NCBI GenBank assembly: GCA_002269645.1
Contig: NIVC01001722.1
Coordinates: 31,534-95,533 of the forward strand
Direction: 5' to 3'
DNA length: 64,000 bases
DNA from: Macrostomum lignano
Taxonomy: Eukaryota
Shown here: positions 42,043-52,500 of the stretch, in pieces
How positions within the stretch are numbered: the first letter of the stretch is position 1
How the letters are laid out: the number at the start of each line of letters is the position of its first letter
Program-made: the position numbers and the translations under genes
The notes under the pieces: generated by a model
Told to the model about the DNA's origin: nothing
The model's database searches: none
The model's input: the letters and a program-made list of their open reading frames with translations, nothing else

Positions 42043-42217
42043 TTTCAACAACGAAATTAAACAGGTTTTGCGAATAAATATGTGGAGTTGGTTGTAGGTA
42101 AACAAGAAAAATTAGAAAAATTATTGAACAAATCGATATTGGAGAACACATGAGTTAGTCCGTACGGCAGAGTGAAGTCCGGGGGCGGAAAGAATGTACA
42201 CCCAGTACTCTCTCTCA

Positions 42218-42545
42218 TCAAAAGACACGTAGTAGGTGACCCGCGCCACTATGTTGGAGTTGTGTGTTTAGGCTGGGTGACTGGGCTTTTATGTGCATGG
42301 CCTCAAGAATTCTAAGTTTGAAGTCCGACTGACATTGGTCGATGATTTTAAAGTGCTCGTTTGGGTTGCAGTTAGAGCAGCTACTACAGTGCAGTAAGTG
42401 ATCTTGTATAGCAGACGGTTTGAGCCAGTGCTCCCTGGTTCTGGTGTGTAGGTGTCTTTTAGTTTTCCCCACGTAGGAGACGCTCTGGTCAACAGAGCAG
42501 TTGAATTGATAGACGACACCAGCACGCAGAGCACGGGGACACACG
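42218..42545 (-). pseudogene. C-terminal GIY-YIG endonuclease domain of a Penelope-like element (5'-truncated)
   Basis: GVVYQFNC...YVGKTKRHLHTRTREH...FKIID...LRILEAMHIKAQSPSLN; homologous to 52299-52718. Confidence 0.88.
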
Positions 42546-42885
42546 GCCGGCGGCTGGGCCGGCGGCTGGGCCGGCGGCTGGGCCGGCAGCAGGGCCGGCA
42601 GCAGGGCCGGCAGTAGGGCCGGCAGCAGGACCGGCAGCAGGACCGGCAGCAGGACCGGCAGCAGGACCGGCAGCAGGGCCGGCAGCAGGACCGGCAGCAG
42701 GACCGGCGGCAGGGCCGGCAGCAGGGCCGGCAGCAGGGCCGGCGGCAGGGCGAGTGGCATGGCGAGCGGCAGTGCGAGCGGCAGGGCGAGCGGCAGGGCG
42801 AGTGGCAGGTCGAGCGGCAGGGCGAGCAGCAAGGCGAGTGGCAGGGCGAGCGGCAGGGCCAGTGGCAGTGCGAGCAGCTGTCTCG
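42545..42885. repeat. GC-rich 12-bp minisatellite (GGCCGGCAGCAG, drifting to GGCGAGCGGCAG)
   Basis: Tandem units with a gradient of variants, internal to the foldback element. Confidence 0.9.
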
Positions 42886-42967
42886 CATGGAATTAAAACT
42901 TTGGACTGTCTATCAGACGCCGTCCGCTTAGGGCTAAAACTGGTGCCGCCGCGACCCGCCTCTTTGC

Positions 42968-43862
42968 TCAGTTTTTTGATTCGGCAGCCACCGAGCTGTG
43001 TTGCAGCTTTGAGTGGCTCCCTTCGCAGATGCGGCAGATGTGGGCGAAATTGCAGGTGTGTCTGTGACAGCCTTTGTTGCTATTGAACAGGCCGCAGATG
43101 ACCTGTCCAGCGGATGACAGCTGGCCCCTGCTACGGTGACCCTGGACTCCTTGACCGACCGCGACTGGGCCAGCAGCTCGCAGGTTTTTGGGCGCCGTCA
43201 TATGCTTGATGATGAGGTTCAGATCGGGGCTGTCCCAGTCGCGCTGTCGCGAGTGCTGCTGCAGCCTCATGTCCTGGTCGTACTGGAGCACCACCTTCCA
43301 GTCGTAGCCAGCGTCGATCAGCTCGCCGATGTGGATGTTAAAGTTGAGGTAGGCGTTCAGACTTTTGCAGTCGGGCTGTCCATCCGTACCGGGCGCCACC
43401 AGCTGGCCGGTCTCCAGCAGTCGCTGCATGATCCGCGCGTTGGCAGCCACCCACTGGCCGAAGTTGACTCCGGACAGGCTCGGCGTTGCGCCTTTCAGAG
43501 TCAGGCGACCACGATCCTGTGTCAGCCATCCTCCCGACTGCTGCCTCTCGTCCAGAAATTCCGGGATGAGCAGCGCTGATGGGGGCCGCTGGGCTCCGGC
43601 CGAATCAAACCTCGGTTGTCGGCTCTGGTCCCCGAACAGGCTGGCGTAGATGTCCGGCCCTCCTCTGGCCAGCGGGGCGATGCGGCGCCACTGCGGATCG
43701 ACTGCACTTCATCCCGCAACTGGGCCTCAGCCTTCTGCAGTTTAAGCAGCTCGATCCTCTTCTGAGTCTGCCGAATCTGCGCTTCTGTGGCCTCCTCCGC
43801 TGGCGCAGCCCGGCGCACGTCATCCTCGTCCTGGTCGTCGTCACCGTCGTCATCGCTGGAGA
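42968..43862 (-). pseudogene. 5'-truncated gag/ORF1 of a tyrosine-recombinase (DIRS/Ngaro-like) retrotransposon, one frameshift
   Basis: Extending ORF 42968-43450 upstream gives LLIPEFL...GQWVAANARIMQRLLETGQL...YDWKVVLQYDQDMR...W and CGLFNSNKGCHRHTCNFAHICRICEGSH, which I recognise as YR-retroelement ORF1. The upstream coiled-coil part (ORF 43522-43818) is one base out of frame, near the G4 run at ~43675. Confidence 0.65.
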
Positions 43863-44063
43863 CGGGTCACCTACTACGTGTCTTTTGATGAGAGAGAGTA
43901 CTGGGTGTACATTCTTTCCGCCCCCGGACTTCACTCTGCCGTACGGACTAACTCATGTGTTCTCCAATATCGATTTGTTCAATAATTTTTCTAATTTTTC
44001 TTGTTTACCCACAACCAACTCCACATATTTATTCGCAAAACCTGTTTAATTTCGTTGTTGAAA

Positions 44064-44110
44064 AAATAAACCTGAAGATGCACCTAGGAGTGCGAAACGC
44101 GTCGTTACTT
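44064..44110 (+). ncRNA. Minimal type I hammerhead ribozyme (inverted pLTR copy)
   Basis: Core 44072-44103, identical to the left copy; stem I closes with C-G, A-U, A-U. Confidence 0.78.
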
Positions 44111-44789
44111 ACATTATGTTGATTTTCGGATTCATTTTCCTTTTACTAGCCAAGCGAGCTACACTACCCGATTTCTACTTAGTGTCTTGCGTCCTAGTGA
44201 CTTAGAGCCTTAGTATCTTACTGCCTTTAGTAGTGTTTTAGTGTCTTAGTGCCTTAGGGTCCTAGTGTCTAGTATCTGTCTTAGTGTCCTAGTGTCTTAG
44301 TTCCTTAGTGTCTTAGTGCCTTAGAGCCTTAGTGTCTTAGTTATATCTTAGGGCCTGTCTGTCTGTGTTAAGTGTCCGTATTAGTGTCTTTTAGACATCT
44401 GTCTGTCGACAGTCCGTCACAATGATTCAGCAAAAATCATTTGAGAGTAGAAGGCATTACCGTTAAACATAAGCGTTTAAAACAAATTAAAAGAAAAAAC
44501 CTGTGTTATTAGTATGGCCAGAGCAGGCAAATGAGGTCTAGCAGTGCTTTATATACGGTTAAATAAAGTAATTGCTTAATCCGCAATTTCACTGCACATT
44601 GATGACGTTTGCCAGAATGGCTAGCTCTAAGCAGCTTTGGATCAGAAGGCTAACTTTTTTCGAAAACTAAAACCATTCAATAGAGTGCAATAAATAATAA
44701 CAAAACCTTTAAATTTGTACATCAACAGTACAGCGAAGCATAATGTATAATAATGTATTGATTCCTCACTTTCGCCCGGCCAAATCCTA

Positions 44790-45085
44790 TTTTAGTCCAG
44801 CGCAATAAAACTCCAAATAAATGCGTTTCTGCAGTCTATGGCCGGGCCTAATAAGGGAATAAATACGATTCTGTAGTCTATGACTGGACCCAATAGAAGA
44901 ATAAATACGATTCTGTAGTTTATGGCTACACCCAATTCGGGAATAAATACGTTTTTTGTTGTCTATGGCCAGGGCCAAATTGGGGAATAAATACGTTTTT
45001 ATTGTCTATGGCCGGGCCGAATTGGACATCTCCCCAAATTTATTCCCCAATTTGGGGAATAAATACGTTTTTTTGTAGTCTATGG
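44790..45085. repeat. Degenerate ~45-50-bp tandem repeat (GGGAATAAATACG...GTCTATGGCC)
   Basis: 5-6 diverged copies. Confidence 0.7.
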
Positions 45086-45499
45086 TGGGGCCCCAAAAGT
45101 AAAAATCTTTTCAGCAGCTAAGCAGATTCAAGTTTCTTATAGTGCAATGCATAATTAATAAAAAACAGTCAATACAACCTGCGCTTCACAGCGATTCCCT
45201 CCCTTTACTGAATACTGGGCGCTGGGGTCCAGCTATGAAGCAAATACAAAGTTGTTAGGGTCTAAAAGAAACGAGAAAAAGGATTTTTATATGCGTCTCT
45301 ACATAGCACGTAAAAAAACAAGCATTTAGCTGGGACAACATGACAAAACCATTACTCTTAATTTGTTTTAAATGAAATGAAATTAAACAAGCTATAGGCT
45401 ACAGGATGCTTAGATGACAATCGTAGATGGGGTGCATGTCATGAGAGTAACAAGAAGTCACTTTTAGATAATTTGAGAAAATAAGCAAAATTGGTTTTA

Positions 45500-46435
45500 G
45501 ATGGCATGAGAAAACAATAAATAAGTTTTTGATGACGTCAGAATATCAAGAAATGAGTTTTGGATGAGGTCAGAAAAACACAAAAAATGAGTTTTGGATG
45601 CCGTCAGAATGACAAGAAATGAGTTTTAGATGACGTCAGAATAACAATAAATGAGTTTTAGATGAGGTCAGAATGACAAGAAATGAGTTTTGGATGAGAT
45701 CAGAATGACAAGAAATGAGTTTTGGATGACGTCAGAATGACAAGAAATGAGTTTTGGATGAGGTCAGAATAACAAGAAATGAGTTTTAGATGAGGTCAGA
45801 ATGACAAGAAATGAGTTTTGGATGAGGTCAGAATGACAAGAAAAGAGTTTTGGATGACGTCAGAATAACAAGAAATGAGTTTTAGATGACGTCAGAATGA
45901 CAAGAAATGAGTTTTGGATGACGTCAGAATGACAAGAAATAAGTTTTAGATGAGGTCAGAATGACAAGAAATGAGTTTTGGATGAGGTCAGAATAACAAG
46001 AAATGAGTTTTAGATGAGGTCAGAATGACAAGAAATGAGTTTTGGATGAGGTCAGAATAACAAGAAATGAGTTTTAGATGAGGTCGGAATGACAAGAAAT
46101 GAGTTTTAGATGAGATCAGAAGGACAAGAAATGAGTTTTGGATGACGTCAGAATGACAAGAAATGAGTTTTGGATGACGTCAGAATGACAAGAAATGAGT
46201 TTTGGATGACGTCAGAATAACAAGAAATGAGTTTTGGATGACGTCAGAATGACAAGAAATGAGTTTTGGATGACGTCAGAATGACAAGAAATGAGTTTTG
46301 GATGACGTCAGAATGACAAGAAATGAGTTTTGGATGACGTCAGAAAGACAAGAAATGAGTTTTGGATGACGTCAGAATGACAAGAAATGAGTTTTGGATG
46401 ATGTGAGCAAAGAAGAAATGAGTTTTAAAACCATG
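45500..46435. repeat. 32-bp minisatellite (GAATGACAAGAAATGAGTTTTGGATGACGTCA)
   Basis: About 28 units ending in TGACGTCA or TGAGGTCA. Confidence 0.93.
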
Positions 46436-46576
46436 AGTTCGGAGAGCATGAGAAACAAGCAGACAGTTGACGTTGATTCGCACACTAATAAGCACATTAA
46501 TATCCTCTTGTTAAAAAAATGACAAAAAACTGCCTCCTTAGAGACGGCTTGTCACTCGGAGACCCGCCCAAGTCAG

Positions 46577-49500
46577 TCACGGCCTGTACAGTCGGCAGCG
46601 GTGCGTCCGCACTCGGGTCTCGCACTGTTGGCAGTCCACCCTGATCGGGTTGGACTTCATCTGGCAGCGGCACCACTCCCGCTGGATGATGTACATTGGC
46701 GCAAAGTTGAACTCGCCGCAGCACAACCTCTCGCAGGAGTTCGGCTGCCCGGCCGCGTCGATAGTGGCGTTGCACTGGCGGTCCTGGACGCCGTAGTAGC
46801 CGTCGTGTCTGCTTGCCGTGCAGTAATCCGGCTGAGGTCGCCAGTGCACCAGGTCCTTCTTGCCGACCCGACCTCGACTGCGGCGTCCAGCGGCTCGCCA
46901 GTTGATCGGCACCAGCTTGCCAAACCTGTCCGCTCGGCTGGACCGTCTTGGCGCTGCTTGGCTCGGTGGTTTCCTCCGCCGCTCAGTCGGGGTGAACAGC
47001 TGCACCGGTTTGCTGTCTTGCAGCAGCTGGCGCAGGTTCGCCTCCAGCTTGCCAGAGAGGCGGCGCATGCCTTTGATGCAGATCTGCTTGGTGCACGAGC
47101 CCGACACGCCCAGGCAGTGGCAGATCCTCACCTGGCTGTGGCGGGCCGCCTGGCAACGGCGTGGGTTGGGGAGTTCGCGCTGGGGATGAAGGAGTTTGGA
47201 TCGTGGGTTGTGGGATTCATGCTGGGTGATGAAGGAGTCTGGGGATCGTGGGTTGGGGATCCGTGCTGGGTGATGAAGGAGTCTGGGGATCGTGGGTTGG
47301 GGATCCGTGCTGGGTGATGGAGTCTGGGAACGGATTGAGTTGGGGAGTTTGCACTGGTTGATGAAGGAGTCGGAGAACGGATTGAGTTGGAAGTTTGCTC
47401 TGGTTGATGAAGGAGTCTGGGAACGGGTTGGGTTGGGGAGTTCGCGCTGGGGGATGAAGGAGTCTGGATCGTGGGTTGTGGGATTCATGCTGGGTGATGA
47501 AGGAGTCTGGGGATCGTGGGTTGGGGATTCGTGCTGGGTGATGAAGGAGTCTGGGGATCGTGGGTTTGGGGGTTCGTGTTGGGTGAAGGAGTCTGGGAAC
47601 GGATTGAGTTGGGGTTGGGGAGTTCGTGCTGGTTGATGAAGGAGGCTGAAAACGGGTTGGGTTGGGGAGTTCGCGCTGGGGGATGAAGGAGTCTGGGTAC
47701 GAGTTGGTTTGGGGAGTTTCACATGGTTGGTGAAGGAGCCTGGGGATCGTGAGTTTTTTTGGGGAGTTTAACTGGTTGATGAAGGATTCTGGGAACGGGT
47801 TGTTTTGGAGAGTTCGCGCTGGGCGATGAAGGAGTCTACATATTTATTTTTATTGAAAATGAAACTAAAAATTCTATTCGGAAGCAAGTGTTACGCCATT
47901 CTACTACAGGGGTTAACAGCTCCAACAGGCCAAGTCTCGTGCTAAGCGCTCACAATCTGGCCAGCCCTCCTGTTGTGCACGTTGACCAGCATTGGCAGCG
48001 GCAGCGGCCCCCCAACCGCTCTCAGGTTGGCCCTCGTGTCGGCGAAGAACTGGCGAACTCTTCGACTGGCCAACCGCAGATTGTCGTCGCAGGACGGCAG
48101 AGAAATCCCGCCGTATTTCTGCCCGAGCGTCTCCGGGCTCAGCGTCCGCAGCTGCTGCTGGCCGCGGTCGACGCTGCGGCCGGCGCGTCGGCGCGAACTC
48201 CAAGCCGTGGCGTCGTCGGCGCCACCTGGCGAGGACAGCACGGTAGGGCGGGAGCTGACGGACCGGCAAGGGCAGTTCAGGCCCGGCTGGCCGCGCCGAC
48301 ACGCCAGGGCCAGCTCCTCCACGGCCTTGGCGGCTGCCATCGCCCAGACAAAGCCGGCCTGCGGGTAGCCTTGGGAGGCAGGGGGTGCTGGTTCGGGTAT
48401 TTGGGGATTGCGTTTGCGATAGGACAGATAGCTAGGATTATTCGCACTAGATGCTGCTAGGATGCCCGTAGCATCTAATGAGAAGCCATCGATAAGCTGA
48501 CAAGAGGCTAATTAGAAGCTAAGAGAAGCTGACAAGAAGCTAAGAGAAGCTGACTAGAAGCTAAGAGAAGCTGACTAGAAGCTAAGAGAAGCTGACTAGA
48601 AGCTAAGAGAAGCTGAGAGAAGCTGACTAGAAGCTGATTAAAAGCTAAGAGAAGCTAAGAAAAGCTGATTAGAAGCTAATTAAAAGCTCAGAGAAGCTAA
48701 GAGAAGCTAAGAGAAGCTAAGAGAAGCTAAGAGAAGCTAAGAGAAGCTAAGAGAAGCTAAGAGAAGCTAAGAGAAGCTAAGAGAAGCTAAGGGAAGCTAA
48801 GAGAAGCTAAGAGAAGCTAAGAGAAGCTAAGAGAAGCTAAGAGAAGCTAAGAGAAGCTAAGAGAAGCTAAGGGAAGCTAAGAGAAGCTAAGAGAAGCTAA
48901 GAGAAGCTAAGAGAAGCTAAGAGAAGCTAAGAGAAGCTAAGAGAAGCTAAGAGAAGCTAAGAGAAGCTAAGAGAAGCTAAGAGAAGCTAAGAGAAGCTAA
49001 GAGAAGCTGAGAGAAGCTAAGAGAAGCTAAGAGAAGCTAAGAGAAGCTAAGAGAAGCTAAGAGAAGCTAAGAGAAGCTAAGAGAAGCTAAGAGAAGCTAA
49101 GAGAAGTTAAGAGAAGCTGACAAGAAGCTAAGAGAAGCTGACTAGAAGCTAAGAGAAGCTGACTAGAAGCTAAGAGAAGCTGACTAGAAGCTAAGAGAAG
49201 CTGAGAGAAGCTGACTAGAAGCTGATTAAAAGCTAAGAGAAGCTAAGAAAAGCTGATTAGAAGCTAATTAAAAGCTCAGAGAAGCTAAGATAAGCTAAGA
49301 GAAGCTAAGAAAAGCTGATTAGAAGCTAATTAAAAGCTCAGAGAAGCTAAGATAAGCTAAGAGAAGTTAAGAGAAGCTGAGAGAAGCTAAGAGAAGCTAA
49401 GAGAAGCTAAGAGAAGCTAAGAGAAGCTAAGAGAAGCTAAGAGAAGCTAAGAGAAGCTAAGAGAAGCTAAGAGAAGTTAAGAGAAGCTAAGAGAAGTTAA

Positions 49501-52500
49501 GAGAAGCTAAGAGAAGCTAAGAGAAGCTAAGAGAAGCTAAGAGAAGCTAAGAGAAGCTAAGAGAAGCTAAGAGAAGCTAAGAGAAGCTAAGAGAAGCTAA
49601 GAGAAGCTAAGAGAAGCTAAGAGAAGCTGAGAGAAGCTAAGAGAAGCTAAGAGAAGCTAAGAGAAGCTAAGAGAAGCTAAGAGAAGCTAAGAGAAGCTAA
49701 GAGAAGCTAAGAGAAGTTAAGAGAAGCTAAGAGAAGTTAAGAGAAGCTAAGAGAAGCTAAGAGAAGCTAAGAGAAGCTAAGAGAAGCTAAGAGAAGCTAA
49801 GAGAAGCTAAGGGAAGCTAAGAGAAGCTAAGAGAAGCTAAGAGAAGCTAAGAGAAGCTAAGAGAAGCTAAGAGAAGCTAAGAGAAGCTAAGAGAAGCTAA
49901 GAGAAGCTAAGAGAAGCTAAGAGAAGCTAAGAGAAGCTAAGAGAAGCTAAGAGAAGCTAAGAGAAGCTAAGAGAAGCTAAGAGAAGCTGAGAGAAGCTAA
50001 GAGAAGCTAAGAGAAGCTAAGAGAAGCTAAGAGAAGCTAAGAGAAGCTAAGAGAAGCTAAGAGAAGCTAAGAGAAGCTAAGAGAAGTTAAGAGAAGCTAA
50101 GAGAAGTTAAGAGAAGCTAAGAGAAGCTAAGAGAAGCTAAGAGAAGCTAAGAGAAGCTAAGAGAAGCTAAGGGAAGCTAAGAGAAGCTAAGAGAAGCTAA
50201 GAGAAGCTAAGAGAAGCTAAGAGAAGCTAAGAGAAGCTAAGAGAAGCTAAGCTGAGAAGCTAAGAGAAGCTAAGAGAAGCTGAGAGAAGCTAAGAGAAGC
50301 TAAGAGAAGCTAAGAGAAGCTAAGAGAAGCTAAGAGAAGCTAAGAGAAGCTAAGAGAAGCTAAGAGAAGCTAAGGGAAGCTAAGAGAAGCTAAGAGAAGC
50401 TAAGAGAAGCTAAGAGAAGCTAAGAGAAGCTAAGAGAAGCTAAGAGAAGCTAAGAGAAGCTAAGAGAAGCTAAGAGAAGCTAAGAGAAGCTAAGAGAAGC
50501 TAAGAGAAGTTAAGAGAAGTTAAGAGAAGCTGACAAGAAGCTAAGAGAAGCTGACTAGAAGCTAAGAGAAGCTGACTAGAAGCTAAGAGAAGCTGACTAG
50601 AAGCTAAGAGAAGCTGAGAGAAGCTGACTAGAAGCTGATTAAAAGCTAAGAGAAGCTAAGATAAGCTAAGAGAAGCTAAGAGAAGCTAAGAGAAGCTAAG
50701 AGAAGCTAAGAGAAGCTAAGAGAAGCTAAGAGAAGCTAAGAGAAGCTAAGAGAAGCTAAGAGAAGCTAAGAGAAGCTAAGAGAAGCTAAGAGAAGCTAAG
50801 AGAAGCTAAGAGAAGTTAAGAGAAGTTAAGAGAAGCTGACAAGAAGCTAAGAGAAGCTGACTAGAAGCTAAGAGAAGCTGACTAGAAGCTAAGAGAAGCT
50901 GACTAGAAGCTAAGAGAAGCTGAGAGAAGCTGACTAGAAGCTGATTAAAAGCTAAGATAAGCTAAGATAAGCTAAGAGAAGCTAAGAGAAGCTAAGAGAA
51001 GCTAAGAGAAGCTAAGAGAAGCTAAGAGAAGCTAAGAGAAGCTAAGAGAAGCTAAGAGAAGCTAAGAGAAGCTAAGAGAAGCTAAGAGAAGCTAAGGGAA
51101 GCTAAGAGAAGCTAAGAGAAGCTAAGAGAAGCTAAGAGAAGCTAAGAGAAGCTAAGAGAAGCTAAGAGAAGCTAAGAGAAGCTAAGAGAAGCTAAGAGAA
51201 GCTAAGAGAAGCTAAGAGAAGCTAAGAGAAGCTAAGAGAAGCTAAGAGAAGCTAAGAGAAGCTAAGAGAAGCTAAGAGAAGCTAAGAGAAGCTAAGAGAA
51301 GCTAAGAGAAGCTAAGAGAAGCTAAGAGAAGCTAAGAGAAGCTAAGAGAAGCTAAGGGAAGCTAAGAGAAGCTAAGAGAAGCTAAGAGAAGCTAAGAGAA
51401 GCTAAGAGAAGCTAAGAGAAGCTAAGAGAAGCTAAGCTGAGAAGCTAAGAGAAGCTAAGAGAAGCTGAGAGAAGCTAAGAGAAGCTAAGAGAAGCTAAGA
51501 GAAGCTAAGAGAAGCTAAGAGAAGCTGAGAGAAGCTAAGAGAAGCTAAGAGAAGCTAAGAGAAGCTAAGAGAAGCTAAGAGAAGCTAAGAGAAGCTAAAC
51601 AAAACACACTATATAAACCTGAGTGTGTATCGGCTATAACAGTGCTTCCCTCAATAGATCGTTTTTCTCTACGCTACTGGCCTCCAAATTTTACAGATTT
51701 TCATTTTCCATCTTACCCACAGTAAATTTCTTTCTAGCTTCATACTACGCATTTCACTTCGGTGGCGGCTGCCCCCACCCCCCCAGCCCCCTTGTGCCGC
51801 GCTCTGCGTAACCGCATCAAAGCATCAAAATTCCAGAAATAAATGGCTTCATAAATCACTTTAGTCTGTGGGGGTGGGGGGTCGCCACAGACTTCTGGTT
51901 GGGATCAGCTAGACAAGGTGAATTGTACGGGATGTGCGGAATAGGCTGCAGCATCGGTTCGAATGTGATGAATGTGCTCGCGGTGCTAAGCCGAAAACAG
52001 CAACTTCTTTTGCCCAGCTGCAGTGCGGAGGGGTCAGTCGGCATTCGATTTTTCTATAGAGCAAATGCATAACTTGGCGAAACCAAATTATACAATTCTG
52101 GTAGAGTAGCTCGCTTAATAAATAGGAATAAAATGAATGAGAGAACAAACATTAACTTGCTTTTATTTACTTTAATTCAATTACCAATGCATTTCGACCC
52201 TTGTACATGTAGGTCATCGTCAGGGCAATAGTGAAATTGAAAATTCTAATAAACAGTTGAATAAATATACCTGTGATAAGTTGAATACACAATATAAATT
52301 ATTTGTACGCAGTTTTCAATCGACACAAGTTAACACACGGTGCAGTAGCGTACACTCCAAGCTGAAACACGCTGAGTTGGCGGCTGGCACCCCCCATAGC
52401 TAGCTGGCAGTTTAGGCTCGGGTTCTGATCTTTGATGTACATAGCCTCTAAGATATTCAAAGTGTGCTCATGGCGGCAAGAATCGATAATCTTAAATAAA

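Larger units (their letters stand above)
41966..44140 (-). mobile_element. Composite foldback element: inverted Penelope-like pLTRs enclosing a DIRS/Ngaro-like gag fragment, a 12-bp array and a PLE GIY-YIG tail
   Basis: 278-bp inverted repeats at 41966-42243 and 43863-44140 with 2 mismatches seen. The GIY-YIG ORF stop lies inside the left repeat, as expected for a PLE pLTR. One hammerhead per repeat. No clear TSD. Confidence 0.85.
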
